Shown here one piece after another: positions 49,469 to 59,020 of a DNA stretch of 64,000 nucleotides (position 1 is its first letter; each line of letters opens with the position of its first letter). A program made the translations under genes and the position numbers. The notes beneath the pieces were generated by a model that saw only the letters and a program-made list of their open reading frames with translations, made no database searches and was not told the origin of the DNA. Source of the DNA: an uncultured Alphaproteobacteria bacterium (GTDB lineage Bacteria > Pseudomonadota > Alphaproteobacteria > Rs-D84); NCBI GenBank assembly GCA_963931495.1, contig OZ007020.1, positions 363,338 through 427,337 on the forward strand, in the 5' to 3' direction.

Positions 49469-49860
49469 TATCGTTTGCATGTGCCGCAGCGCGGATTAGG
49501 TGACGGGACATAGCGACGGGTTGTATATGTTCCGGCCGGTTTGTATGTGATGACCGGTTCGTACACTTGGTAATGGTCAATTACTTCGGTATATGTTTTT
49601 ACGCGAATAGGTGCCGGCTTGGCAGGTGTGTGCTTTTTACAGCCGCACCGGCGGCCAACGTCCATAGAAGATGCCGCACGGCATGGGTTTGTATTACGAC
49701 AAGTTTGCGGAACATATGCATCGTCATAAACACGCACGGTGTCCACAGTTATACGTTCGCGAATGGTTACAGTTTCTGTTTCGGCAATGCCGTCAGCATA
49801 TGCACCACCAAACGCGATAAATATGCATGATAGTGCAAAAATCAATATGTTATGTTTCAT
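49468..49860 (-). CDS. Small secreted Cys-containing protein, antisense to the alpha operon and sitting between rpsK and rpoA
   Basis: Signal peptide MKHNILIFALSCIFIAFGGAYA. Mature part has paired Cys (CRNTNPC...CGCKK...CGTCKR). Flanked by terminators. Confidence 0.4.
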   Translation of the reverse strand: MKHNILIFALSCIFIAFGGAYADGIAETETVTIRERITVDTVRVYDDAYVPQTCRNTNPCRAASSMDVGRRCGCKKHTPAKPAPIRVKTYTEVIDHYQVYEPVITYKPAGTYTTRRYVPSPNPRCGTCKR

Positions 49861-50064
49861 AATTATCCTTTTGTTTCTTATATTCAGCCTAGGACAATAT
49901 TTCTGTGTTGTCAATTATTTTATGCCATTATTACAAATGGTCGGCATTATGAATAATTGTTTGACTTTTGCGGATTTGTGGTATAAAATTCGCGGGCGTG
50001 TATGGGAATTCTGTGCACCAGCCGATTGGCGAAAATGATAAACTAAGCCGAATGGAGGATTTAT

Positions 50065-51093
50065 ATGATTGAAAAAAACTGGGGCACGTTGATTAAGCCC
50101 AAAAAACTGAAAATAACAGTTGATGAAAACAACCCTAATCAAGCGAAATTGGTCGCCGAACCGTTGGAAAAAGGTTTCGGATTAACACTGGGGACGGCGT
50201 TGCGTCGGGTATTGCTGTCGTCGTTACAGGGGTGTGCGCCGATTTATATTAAAATTGATGGGGTCCAGCATGAATTTTCCAGTCTGTCTGGTGTTCGTGA
50301 AGATGTGACGGATATTGTATTGAACTTAAAAGGTGTGTATTTCAAGGCTTTGACCGAAGGTCAACACAAGGCAACATTAAAGGTCAAGGGTCCCGCCGTT
50401 GTTACCGCTGGCATGATTGAAACGTCGGGTGGCGTGGAAGTTATGAATAAAGATGCAGAAATTTGCACATTGGATGATGGGGCAAATTTAGATATGGAAA
50501 TCACATTGAGCACAGGTCGCGGATATGTGCCGGCGTCTGCACATGCAGAAGATTTGCCGTTGGGCGTTATCCCAGTTGATTCAATTTTTTCACCAATTTT
50601 GAATGTGGCAACCGAAGTGTCGGAAACGCGTGTTGGACAGAGTACTGATTATGATAAATTGGAAATGACAGTCAAAACAAATGGTTCTGTATCACCCGAA
50701 GATGCAATTGCGTTGGCGGCCCGTATTTTGACAGACCAATTGGTTGTCTTTATTAACTTTGAAGATCCAGCGCAAATTAATGCACCGACCGAAGAAGAAA
50801 AGGCCAAGGATGCATTGCCATTTGATCCAAAATTATTAAAGCATGTTGATGAACTGGAATTGTCGGTTCGTGCAAATAATTGCTTAAAGAACGACAAGAT
50901 TAACTGGTTGGGCGAACTGGTTCAAAAGACCGAAGCGGATATGTTGAAAACACCGAACTTTGGTCGTAAATCTTTGAACGAAATAAAAGTTCAACTGGAA
51001 GCAATGGGGTTAAGTTTGGGAATGGATGTCCCAGGTTGGCCACCGGAAAATATTGCGGAATTGGCCAAAAAGTACGAAGACCCGTACAAGTAA
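50065..51093 (+). CDS. rpoA: DNA-directed RNA polymerase alpha subunit
   Basis: [15 protein letters not shown]...; NTD and CTD (...[12 protein letters not shown]...). Confidence 0.95.
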   Translation: MIEKNWGTLIKPKKLKITVDENNPNQAKLVAEPLEKGFGLTLGTALRRVLLSSLQGCAPIYIKIDGVQHEFSSLSGVREDVTDIVLNLKGVYFKALTEGQHKATLKVKGPAVVTAGMIETSGGVEVMNKDAEICTLDDGANLDMEITLSTGRGYVPASAHAEDLPLGVIPVDSIFSPILNVATEVSETRVGQSTDYDKLEMTVKTNGSVSPEDAIALAARILTDQLVVFINFEDPAQINAPTEEEKAKDALPFDPKLLKHVDELELSVRANNCLKNDKINWLGELVQKTEADMLKTPNFGRKSLNEIKVQLEAMGLSLGMDVPGWPPENIAELAKKYEDPYK

Positions 51094-51293
51094 TTTAGGT
51101 TCATTTGGGGGCGCCGTCGTTCACCGTTAATACAATGGTGAACGGTGGTTGCTGCCCAGGTGTGATTTAATTGCTTTACAAATGCCATGATTGTGTTAGA
51201 ATCATGGCGAAAAAAATCCGTATAACTGAAAGAAATTCCAGGATGCGGTGCGTAAATTAATCCCCGCGCGGGGCAGAAACAAAGGATGATAAA

Positions 51294-51833
51294 ATGAGAC
51301 ATATGAAATCAGGTCGCACTTTTAATCGCGATACTAATGCACGCAAGGCCATGTTTATTGGGCTGGCGAAGAATTTGATTGAAAAAGAACAAATTAAAAC
51401 GACTTTGCCAAAGGCCAAAGATTTGCGTGGTGTTGTTGAAAAATTAATTACCCGCGCAAAGACAGATACGGTTGCAAATCGTCGTTTGGTTGCCAGTGAA
51501 TTGGGCAACAGTTCGGCGGAAACTGTGAAAAAATTGTTTACAGTATTGGGACCGCGCTATGCAAAACGGCCGGGTGGTTATACCCGTGTGTTAAAGGCTG
51601 GATTCCGATATGGTGATGCGGCGCCAATGGCAATTATTGAATTGGTTGACCGTGATGAAAATGCGAAAAAAGTTGTAAAACCAGCGGCAGAAAAACAGGA
51701 AAAGACAACTGAAAAAGTTGCAGACACAGCCGAGAAAAAAGAAAAAGCGCCACGCGCGAAGAAAGCGGCCGCGGCAGATGCAGAAACAACAGAAAAAAAG
51801 CCGGCAAAACGTCGCACAGCAGCCAAAAAATAA
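51294..51833 (+). CDS. rplQ: 50S ribosomal protein L17, with a Lys/Ala-rich C-terminal extension
   Basis: [21 protein letters not shown]... Confidence 0.93.
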   Translation: MRHMKSGRTFNRDTNARKAMFIGLAKNLIEKEQIKTTLPKAKDLRGVVEKLITRAKTDTVANRRLVASELGNSSAETVKKLFTVLGPRYAKRPGGYTRVLKAGFRYGDAAPMAIIELVDRDENAKKVVKPAAEKQEKTTEKVADTAEKKEKAPRAKKAAAADAETTEKKPAKRRTAAKK

Positions 51834-51852
51834 TTGGTGCATTAATGTAAAA

Positions 51853-51885
51853 GAAAAGCACCCCGCACAGGGGTGTTTTTTATTG
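51853..51885 (+). terminator. Rho-independent terminator after rplQ
   Basis: aaaagcaccccgcacaggggtgttttttatt. Confidence 0.6.
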
Positions 51886-51974
51886 CGCGGTATATGATTT
51901 GATACGATGCAAGGTGTTCTGGCATTAGGATTTAAGAACCAATTGAGTGCGTATGGATTTTTATGCTAAAAAAT

Positions 51975-52080
51975 TCCAACCGATTCGGTTGGAGTATGGC
52001 GAATATGTTGAATAAACCATGCAATTCACTTCAATTGTTATTAAACTGCAACCACCTGTTTTGGGTGGTGTTTGTTTTTT
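51975..52080 (+). repeat. Palindromic repeat element C. TCCAACC-GATTC-GGTTGGAG, then a ~50-nt spacer, then CAACCACC-hairpin and a T-run. Candidate small RNA, homologous to element B.
   Basis: attccaaccgattcggttggag...ctgcaaccacctgttttgggtggtgtttgttttttg. Confidence 0.5.
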
Positions 52081-52207
52081 GCACAAGGTGGTGAATAATA
52101 AGAAAATTTATCGTTAATTTATATTGTCCGCAAAAAATGTAAAAAGAAATATAAATTGGGACAGGCGCAATACGTGGGATTATAAAAATTCTGTACAATA
52201 AATAAAC

Positions 52208-53065
52208 TTATCGGGTGCGCTGTAAAACAACAACTGATTCACTGTTTGGGTTTTTGCGGTCTTGGTCCACACGCATTATTTTTGCCCAATTTTGAAATCT
52301 GGATGCCAAATATTGGTACACTTTGTCCTGTTTTTGTATCCCCATGCGACCAGCCTGGGCGATAATGTACCCATTTGGACGCACGTATGGACGCAAATTC
52401 AGTAATATATCGTGCATTTGGGCACTGCGTAAATATTCAAATATATTTGACAGATTTATCACGTCGTATTCGCGCGTCAGATGTGTGTGCAGTGATTCAA
52501 TGTCGGTCCATATGAAATTGAACGGTTGTGATATTTTTTTACGCATTCCATCATATTCTGATTCTGTGGGAATGTTTTCTTGGTAATATATTGGTTCTAT
52601 GCCTTGGCTGAATATCGCGCATTTTGGCATGCTTTGAACAAATTGACGGCTGGCATCTGGTACAGATGGTAATATCTGGGCCAGGCCGGCGTCGTATGTG
52701 CAATTGTGCATATCGTTCAACAGGGTTATATAATCTGGACGTGATAATTTATGCAAGGCTGTGGATTTTATATCCATCGCCACTTTGGCACAAAAAGATA
52801 CATCAAATGTATCAATATGCTTTGCACCACGCAGTGCGTAAAACATTGGTTGGTCCCCACTGGCCGCGACCGTCAATACATTATCGCATATCCCAGATGT
52901 TAATCCAGAAATCCAACGAATGTTTTCGTTCGTTAAAACGTATGACGGCGAATATTTGGCAAACATAGGATTGCTTACATTACTGTATATGCCAACGCCG
53001 TCACCGTGCCGGATATAGCACTGTTTCGCATCGTAAATATTAAAAGTTCGTTCTGGTCGTTTCAT
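52208..53065 (-). CDS. Putative class I SAM-dependent methyltransferase-like protein
   Basis: Rossmann-like VLTVAASGDQPMFYALRGAKHIDTFDVS and DVINLSNIFEYL motifs. Confidence 0.35.
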   Translation of the reverse strand: MKRPERTFNIYDAKQCYIRHGDGVGIYSNVSNPMFAKYSPSYVLTNENIRWISGLTSGICDNVLTVAASGDQPMFYALRGAKHIDTFDVSFCAKVAMDIKSTALHKLSRPDYITLLNDMHNCTYDAGLAQILPSVPDASRQFVQSMPKCAIFSQGIEPIYYQENIPTESEYDGMRKKISQPFNFIWTDIESLHTHLTREYDVINLSNIFEYLRSAQMHDILLNLRPYVRPNGYIIAQAGRMGIQKQDKVYQYLASRFQNWAKIMRVDQDRKNPNSESVVVLQRTR

Positions 53066-53189
53066 CTTTATGTCCCTTAAATATATAGTACTGGAATAAA
53101 AAATGTCAAGTTGTTAATTTTTTATAAAAAATGTTTTCAATAACTTTGTAAAATGTGATAAAATTAAATAAATTGTTGAGGGGTTTTTC

Positions 53190-56066
53190 ATGAAAAAATT
53201 ACTGACCAGTATGATAATTTGCCTGGGCTTTATTGCCGGTGCGGATGCGGCGGTACGCAGCCAGTCGGCAACAACGGTTAATCGTGGGGCGGCGGCAACA
53301 AATACGTCAACGCGTGCAACGGCAACGGCGCGTGCGGCAACCACGGCGCGCAGTGCAACGCAACCACGGGCCACAACGGCGCGCGCCGCCACAACGGGGC
53401 GCACCACGGTCAGTCGTACCAGCGCCGCAACATCATCAACACCAACAGTCGCGGCGCGTGCCGCCACAACACAAAAAGTGTTGAATGCCGGTACCAGTGT
53501 CCAGGCGGCAAATGAAAATATTGTTGTCAGTGCAGATTGTCGCCAAAAGTATTATGGATGCATGGATTCGTTCTGTATGCTGGATAATGACAGTGGTGGG
53601 CGCTGTATTTGCAGTGACAGAAATGCTGAACTGGATGCCATTTTAGACAAAATTCAACAACTGGACCAGCAAAGTTATCAAATGGCAACGTACGGTGTTG
53701 AACGTATAGAAATGGGGGCTGATGCGGATGCGGCAATCGCAAATGCAAATGCTGTGGCACAGTCTATTATTGATTCTGTCCCAGAAGAAGAACCAGCCAA
53801 GCGAGAGTTTAAGTTGGATTTATCATTATGGGATACGTCCAGTTTATATTCAGATAATGTATTTGATGAAACTGTTATGGTTGACCCGATTGAAGGTAAA
53901 GAAGGTGACGCGTTGTACCAGGCATCACACGCCATTTGTGCACAACAAATACCAGAATGTGCCGCGGATATGAATATGCTGCAATTAATGTATGCACAAC
54001 AAATTCGTTCAGATTGCAGCGCGTATGAAAACAGCCTGAAACAGCAACAAAACGCCAGTGCACAAAAATTGGCCGCCGCAGAACAGGCGTTGCGCAGCGC
54101 GGCACTGGAACAATATCGCAGCGCAAACAAGTATGATCTGGGGCAATGTACGGTTGAATTCAAAAATTGTATGATAACAACCGGTGGGTGTGGCGATGAC
54201 TTTGCCGGCTGTGCAACAGTTGCGGCGTTTGATGCAACAAATACACGCGGTCGGGCCAGTGATGCAGAAAAATATTCAATCAAAGGCGCTGTTACAGAAA
54301 TAGAAATTAATGCGTCAACGTACGATATTTTGTTGTCTAAAAAGCCGTTGTGCGAAAGCGTGACTCAGCAATGTGTTAATGTTGCCGATCAAGTTTGGGA
54401 TACTTTTTTGCGTGATATTGCGCCCCAGGTAAAGTCAGCGGAATTAATTGCCGAAGATAATGCGCGCCAAAATTGCATTGGTAACATATCGTCATGTTTT
54501 CAACAGGCGTGTCGTGATACCATGGATCCAAATGATCCAGATGGTTCGTATGATATGTGTCTGACACGGCCAGAAACAATGCTGGACTTATGTACAGTGC
54601 CGTTGAATGCATGTGAAATTTCTACGACGTCGGCGGCCGAAGCAGAGGCGTCGCCAATATGGGAATTTGTGGTTGCGCGTTTGCAATCAATGCGTGTGAA
54701 TTCGTGTACAACCCAGGTTAAAGAATGTCTGCAATCCGAAGACAGATGTGGTTCGGATTATACGCAGTGCATCGGTATGGATTCGTATACGATTATTCGG
54801 ATGTGTCCACAAGAATTGCTGATTGGATGCCAAGGATATGATGGTGGCACCACCAGGGGGGTAAGTTCAGACAGCCAGGATGCGTTCTATTCCAGTTTGG
54901 AAAATATGATTCAAGGTATATTCTTGAATATTGATAACAACATGTTGGCCGAATGCCAGAATGCCGCGAACGAAGCAATGATAAGTGTTTGTGGGGATAC
55001 GGAAAATTGTGACAGTTTGGCGGTTGATGATTCTGTGGGGGCAAATACGTTGGAATACAAGATATGCCAAATAAAATCGGGATCTGGTACAGATATTGAT
55101 TATAACAATTGTGTGACTGATTTGTCCCAGATATCTGATGCGGCGTTGGGACGTGGCGGCGGCAAGGCAGCAAATTATGCAATTGTAATTGATGGTGAAA
55201 TTGATTGGGGCGAAATATCGTTTGATGACGAAGGACGCGTTGTGTTGGGCGATGTTCCAGATACCACAACCACATCAGACACGACCGCCACAGCAAATGC
55301 AAACGCCAGTGTGGCAACTGTTGCAAACGAACCGTTGACAGCGGCGACAACATTGCAACCGGTTATCGCATTAAACAGAACGCCGGTGGTTACAACAACG
55401 GCCCCAGAATTGGCGGCGTCGGAACAAGAACTGAATGCAGAATTGGTGTTGTTACAGAATAATATTAATAATGCGATTAACACAATTGAATCAAATGCCC
55501 AGGTTAATTTCTGTATGACGGGGCGCGAAGTTCAAGGTATCCGCAATGTCGTTGACAGAACGCAAGAAGGGGGCCGGTTCCCAAGTCTGACCAAGCAAAT
55601 GCGTATGCTGATTGCGTCGTCGGCAATCAAGGCGGCAATGGATAACTATTATGAAAGATATGAAGAACTGACGCAAAGAAAGATGCAAGACTATGTCACG
55701 ATGAATGAACGTATTGCGGAAATAAATAATCAAAATACGTTGGATGCACGTCGTGAAGCAGCGCGTATCGCGTGTGTTGAATTGGCCGAAAGTGATGGCG
55801 CATCTGGTGATGATACAGAAAATTCAACCCAGCAAAGCACAACGGTTGCATCATTAAACGGCCAACCGGGTGGACCGTTGGCGGGTGCCAGAGAGACCGC
55901 AAACGATTGGAATTATAAAGAAACAATAACATCAACGTTTGATTGGGAAACATTGGCCTGTACCAGATGCACACGTAAACAAAATTGTTTAGATCCCAAG
56001 GGTGGCAGAAGGTTCTGTAAAGAATGGGAAGATCCAGTTGAAACATGCACAACGGTTGAATTCTGA
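53190..56066 (+). CDS. Large secreted cysteine-rich protein, tandem paralog 1 (958 aa)
   Basis: Signal peptide MKKLLTSMIICLGFIAGADA. Arg/Ala/Thr low-complexity region (ARAATTARSATQPRATTARAATTGRTT...). Multiple Cys-rich modules (CRQKYYGCMDSFCMLDNDSGGRCICSD...). C-terminus ...CKEWEDPVETCTTVEF. Confidence 0.55.
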   Translation: MKKLLTSMIICLGFIAGADAAVRSQSATTVNRGAAATNTSTRATATARAATTARSATQPRATTARAATTGRTTVSRTSAATSSTPTVAARAATTQKVLNAGTSVQAANENIVVSADCRQKYYGCMDSFCMLDNDSGGRCICSDRNAELDAILDKIQQLDQQSYQMATYGVERIEMGADADAAIANANAVAQSIIDSVPEEEPAKREFKLDLSLWDTSSLYSDNVFDETVMVDPIEGKEGDALYQASHAICAQQIPECAADMNMLQLMYAQQIRSDCSAYENSLKQQQNASAQKLAAAEQALRSAALEQYRSANKYDLGQCTVEFKNCMITTGGCGDDFAGCATVAAFDATNTRGRASDAEKYSIKGAVTEIEINASTYDILLSKKPLCESVTQQCVNVADQVWDTFLRDIAPQVKSAELIAEDNARQNCIGNISSCFQQACRDTMDPNDPDGSYDMCLTRPETMLDLCTVPLNACEISTTSAAEAEASPIWEFVVARLQSMRVNSCTTQVKECLQSEDRCGSDYTQCIGMDSYTIIRMCPQELLIGCQGYDGGTTRGVSSDSQDAFYSSLENMIQGIFLNIDNNMLAECQNAANEAMISVCGDTENCDSLAVDDSVGANTLEYKICQIKSGSGTDIDYNNCVTDLSQISDAALGRGGGKAANYAIVIDGEIDWGEISFDDEGRVVLGDVPDTTTTSDTTATANANASVATVANEPLTAATTLQPVIALNRTPVVTTTAPELAASEQELNAELVLLQNNINNAINTIESNAQVNFCMTGREVQGIRNVVDRTQEGGRFPSLTKQMRMLIASSAIKAAMDNYYERYEELTQRKMQDYVTMNERIAEINNQNTLDARREAARIACVELAESDGASGDDTENSTQQSTTVASLNGQPGGPLAGARETANDWNYKETITSTFDWETLACTRCTRKQNCLDPKGGRRFCKEWEDPVETCTTVEF
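54177..54712 (+). repeat. 536-bp tract with a single mismatch to 57002..57537 in the downstream paralog
   Basis: Seen in sequence. The identical antisense ORFs 54376..54612 and 57201..57437 in the ORF track confirm it. Confidence 0.8.
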
Positions 56067-56080
56067 TTGGGACGGGATAA

Positions 56081-58954
56081 ATGAAAAGACTGGTTGCGAT
56101 TTTATTAATGTTGCTGGTTATTCCTGGGGCGGATGCGGCAACACGCGGACAGAGTGCAACGGTGTCGCGTGGAAATGATGCGTCGTCGTCCACTGCAACG
56201 CGGGCGACCGCGGCGCGTGCCGCAACCACAGCACGTAGCGCGGCGGTGCCACAAACGTCGGCACGTGCCGCCACATCGGGGCGCACCACGGTCAGTCGTA
56301 CCAGCGCCGCAACATCATCAACACCAACAGTCGCGGCGCGCGCCGCCACAACACAAAAAGTGTTGAATGCCGGTACCAGTGTCCAGGCGGCAAATGAAAA
56401 TACTGTTATCCAAAATCAGTGCCTTGAAAAATATTATGGTTGTATGGATTCGTTCTGTATGCTGGATAATGAAAATGGCGGTCGCTGTATTTGCAGTGAT
56501 AAGAATGCAGAATATGATCAAATCTTGGCGGATATAGAACGTTTGGACCAGCAGAGTTATCAAATGGCGACTGTTGGGGTGGAAAGTATTGAATCAGGAT
56601 TTGATGCAACAGCGGCGATAAGTTCGGTGGTGAAAGATGACAGTGGTGTTGATTTGTCACTGTGGGACGCATACACCGTGATGGATGATTTGGATTCGGG
56701 TTCTGCAAATCCGTTAAGTGGCAAAGAAGGGGATGCGCTGTTTAATGCATCGCACCAACTATGTGCCCAGCAAATGCCCGAATGTAATGAACAGTTAAGT
56801 ATGCTGTCACTGATGTATCGCCAGCAAATTCGTTCCGATTGCACGGCGTATGAAAACAGTTTGAATCAACAAAAACAAGCCAGCCAACAAAAATTAGCCG
56901 CGGCCCAAACGGCGTTACGCCAGGCGTCATATGAACAACTGCAAGCGGCGAATAAGTACGACTTGGGTCAATGTACGGTTGAATTCAAAAACTGTATGAT
57001 AACAACCGGTGGGTGTGGCGATGACTTTGCCGGGTGTGCAACAGTTGCGGCGTTTGATGCAACAAATACACGCGGTCGGGCCAGTGATGCAGAAAAATAT
57101 TCAATCAAAGGCGCTGTTACAGAAATAGAAATTAATGCGTCAACGTACGATATTTTGTTGTCTAAAAAGCCGTTGTGCGAAAGCGTGACTCAGCAATGTG
57201 TTAATGTTGCCGATCAAGTTTGGGATACTTTTTTGCGTGATATTGCGCCCCAGGTAAAGTCAGCGGAATTAATTGCCGAAGATAATGCGCGCCAAAATTG
57301 CATTGGTAACATATCGTCATGTTTTCAACAGGCGTGTCGTGATACCATGGATCCAAATGATCCAGATGGTTCGTATGATATGTGTCTGACACGGCCAGAA
57401 ACAATGCTGGACTTATGTACAGTGCCGTTGAATGCATGTGAAATTTCTACGACGTCGGCGGCCGAAGCAGAGGCGTCGCCAATATGGGAATTTGTGGTTG
57501 CGCGTTTGCAATCAATGCGTGTGAATTCGTGTACAACGCAATTCAAAGAATGTTTGCAATCCGAAGACAGATGTGGTTCGGATTATACACAGTGCGTTGG
57601 ACTGGATACAGATACAATCGTGCGGATGTGCCCGTATGACGCGTTGCCCGGATGCCAGCAGGTTTATGGCAGTAATGAAATTCGCGATGATGCCGTATAT
57701 GACGAATTATATGAATTCGCCCAGGGAATATTCTTGGGCATAGACAACAATATGTTGGAATATTGCCAGTCTGCGTTGGATGAAGCGGTCATAGAAGTTT
57801 GCGGTTCAACAGATTCCTGTGACCAGTACATGTTAAATCAAGATGTTGGTACGCGTTCATTGGATTACAAAATCTGTGATATCCAGGTTATTGATGGTAC
57901 GGATATTGCGTATTCAAATTGTCGGACAACGGCATCGCAAATAACAGATGTTGAATTGGGACGCAATGCAACCGGACAAATTTCACCGTTGGGTGGCGTT
58001 ATTACAGGTACAATTTATTGGGACAGTGTTGATGTTGACAGCAATGGCAACATTACCCCGGTTGATGAATATTTCGTAAATGCAGATTTGACAGATGCAT
58101 CAGATTCAGAAAAAGAAATGGTGGCGTTGGAATTGGGGGCGTTACAGACCAATATAGATATGGTGTTTGGTATGATTGAATCTGACCCGACCGTACAATT
58201 CTGTATGAGTGGCCGTGAAGTTCAGGGTATTAAACCGTATTCTGGGGAAACAAAACCACGGTTCCCAGAATTAACCAAACAGGTACGTATGCAGATTGCA
58301 ACATCGGCACTGAATGCCGCGCGGGATAATTATTACCAGCGATATGATGAATTAAATGAACAAATGAGCAAAGATAATATTGAAATCGCCGAACGTATTG
58401 CCGCGGTCAGTGGTGAAAATGCAAAAGATGTTCGTCGTGAAGCCGCACGCCAGGCATGTGTGAACTTGGCAGATATGTCTGGTATGCCAAAGTCAGAGAC
58501 ACCAAAATCACTGGTTGGAACAATTATTGCCGCCGCGGTTATCGCGACATCGGCGGTTCTGATTACAGTGTTCAGTGCAGGGATTGGTGGGTTGGTCGGG
58601 CTGGCAGCAACAGTTACAGCCAAAAGCGCCATTGTCGCGGCGGCACCAATAGTATATGTGGCCGCCGGGTCAGCCGGACTGGGGGCGGTCAGTGGATGGA
58701 TCCAAGGGGCCGCAACGGCGGATTATTCTGGTGCCCAGGTTACAAACGAAGTCAAGGATTTAACAGGGTATTTTGAAAATAAGCAATGGAATTACGAAGA
58801 AACAATTACAACAGAATTCAATATGGATACTCTGGTTTGTCACAAGTGTGTAAAATCACGTCAATGTGCGAAAATAAAAACACCATTGTTTGGCAGCAAG
58901 TCTTGCAAGCAATGGGAAGAACCAATTGAGGTTTGTTCAGATATTGAGTTTTAA
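56081..58954 (+). CDS. Large secreted cysteine-rich protein, tandem paralog 2 (957 aa), with an additional C-proximal hydrophobic/TM region
   Basis: Signal peptide MKRLVAILLMLLVIPGADA. The same architecture as paralog 1. An extra segment LVGTIIAAAVIATSAVLITVFSAGIGGLVGLAATV...AAGSAGLGAVSGWIQGAATADY. C-terminus CKQWEEPIEVCSDIEF. Confidence 0.55.
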   Translation: MKRLVAILLMLLVIPGADAATRGQSATVSRGNDASSSTATRATAARAATTARSAAVPQTSARAATSGRTTVSRTSAATSSTPTVAARAATTQKVLNAGTSVQAANENTVIQNQCLEKYYGCMDSFCMLDNENGGRCICSDKNAEYDQILADIERLDQQSYQMATVGVESIESGFDATAAISSVVKDDSGVDLSLWDAYTVMDDLDSGSANPLSGKEGDALFNASHQLCAQQMPECNEQLSMLSLMYRQQIRSDCTAYENSLNQQKQASQQKLAAAQTALRQASYEQLQAANKYDLGQCTVEFKNCMITTGGCGDDFAGCATVAAFDATNTRGRASDAEKYSIKGAVTEIEINASTYDILLSKKPLCESVTQQCVNVADQVWDTFLRDIAPQVKSAELIAEDNARQNCIGNISSCFQQACRDTMDPNDPDGSYDMCLTRPETMLDLCTVPLNACEISTTSAAEAEASPIWEFVVARLQSMRVNSCTTQFKECLQSEDRCGSDYTQCVGLDTDTIVRMCPYDALPGCQQVYGSNEIRDDAVYDELYEFAQGIFLGIDNNMLEYCQSALDEAVIEVCGSTDSCDQYMLNQDVGTRSLDYKICDIQVIDGTDIAYSNCRTTASQITDVELGRNATGQISPLGGVITGTIYWDSVDVDSNGNITPVDEYFVNADLTDASDSEKEMVALELGALQTNIDMVFGMIESDPTVQFCMSGREVQGIKPYSGETKPRFPELTKQVRMQIATSALNAARDNYYQRYDELNEQMSKDNIEIAERIAAVSGENAKDVRREAARQACVNLADMSGMPKSETPKSLVGTIIAAAVIATSAVLITVFSAGIGGLVGLAATVTAKSAIVAAAPIVYVAAGSAGLGAVSGWIQGAATADYSGAQVTNEVKDLTGYFENKQWNYEETITTEFNMDTLVCHKCVKSRQCAKIKTPLFGSKSCKQWEEPIEVCSDIEF
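57002..57537 (+). repeat. Second copy of the 536-bp tract (1 mismatch); candidate gene-conversion tract
   Basis: Identical to 54177..54712 except ccggctgtg / ccgggtgtg. Confidence 0.8.
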
Positions 58955-58960
58955 TAAATA

Positions 58961-58990
58961 GAAAATCCCGCCAATGTCGGGATTTTTATT
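58961..58990. terminator. Bidirectional Rho-independent terminator
   Basis: aaaatcccgccaatgtcgggattttta. Confidence 0.6.
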
Positions 58991-59020
58991 GTTCCGACGT
59001 AATACCACGGGCGTGACTAT

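Noticed and set aside
54376-54612. Identical 78-aa minus-strand ORFs at 54376-54612 and 57201-57437
   Set aside because: These are antisense shadow ORFs. Their identity merely reflects the identical 536-bp tracts of the two large paralogs, and I used it only as confirmation of that repeat.
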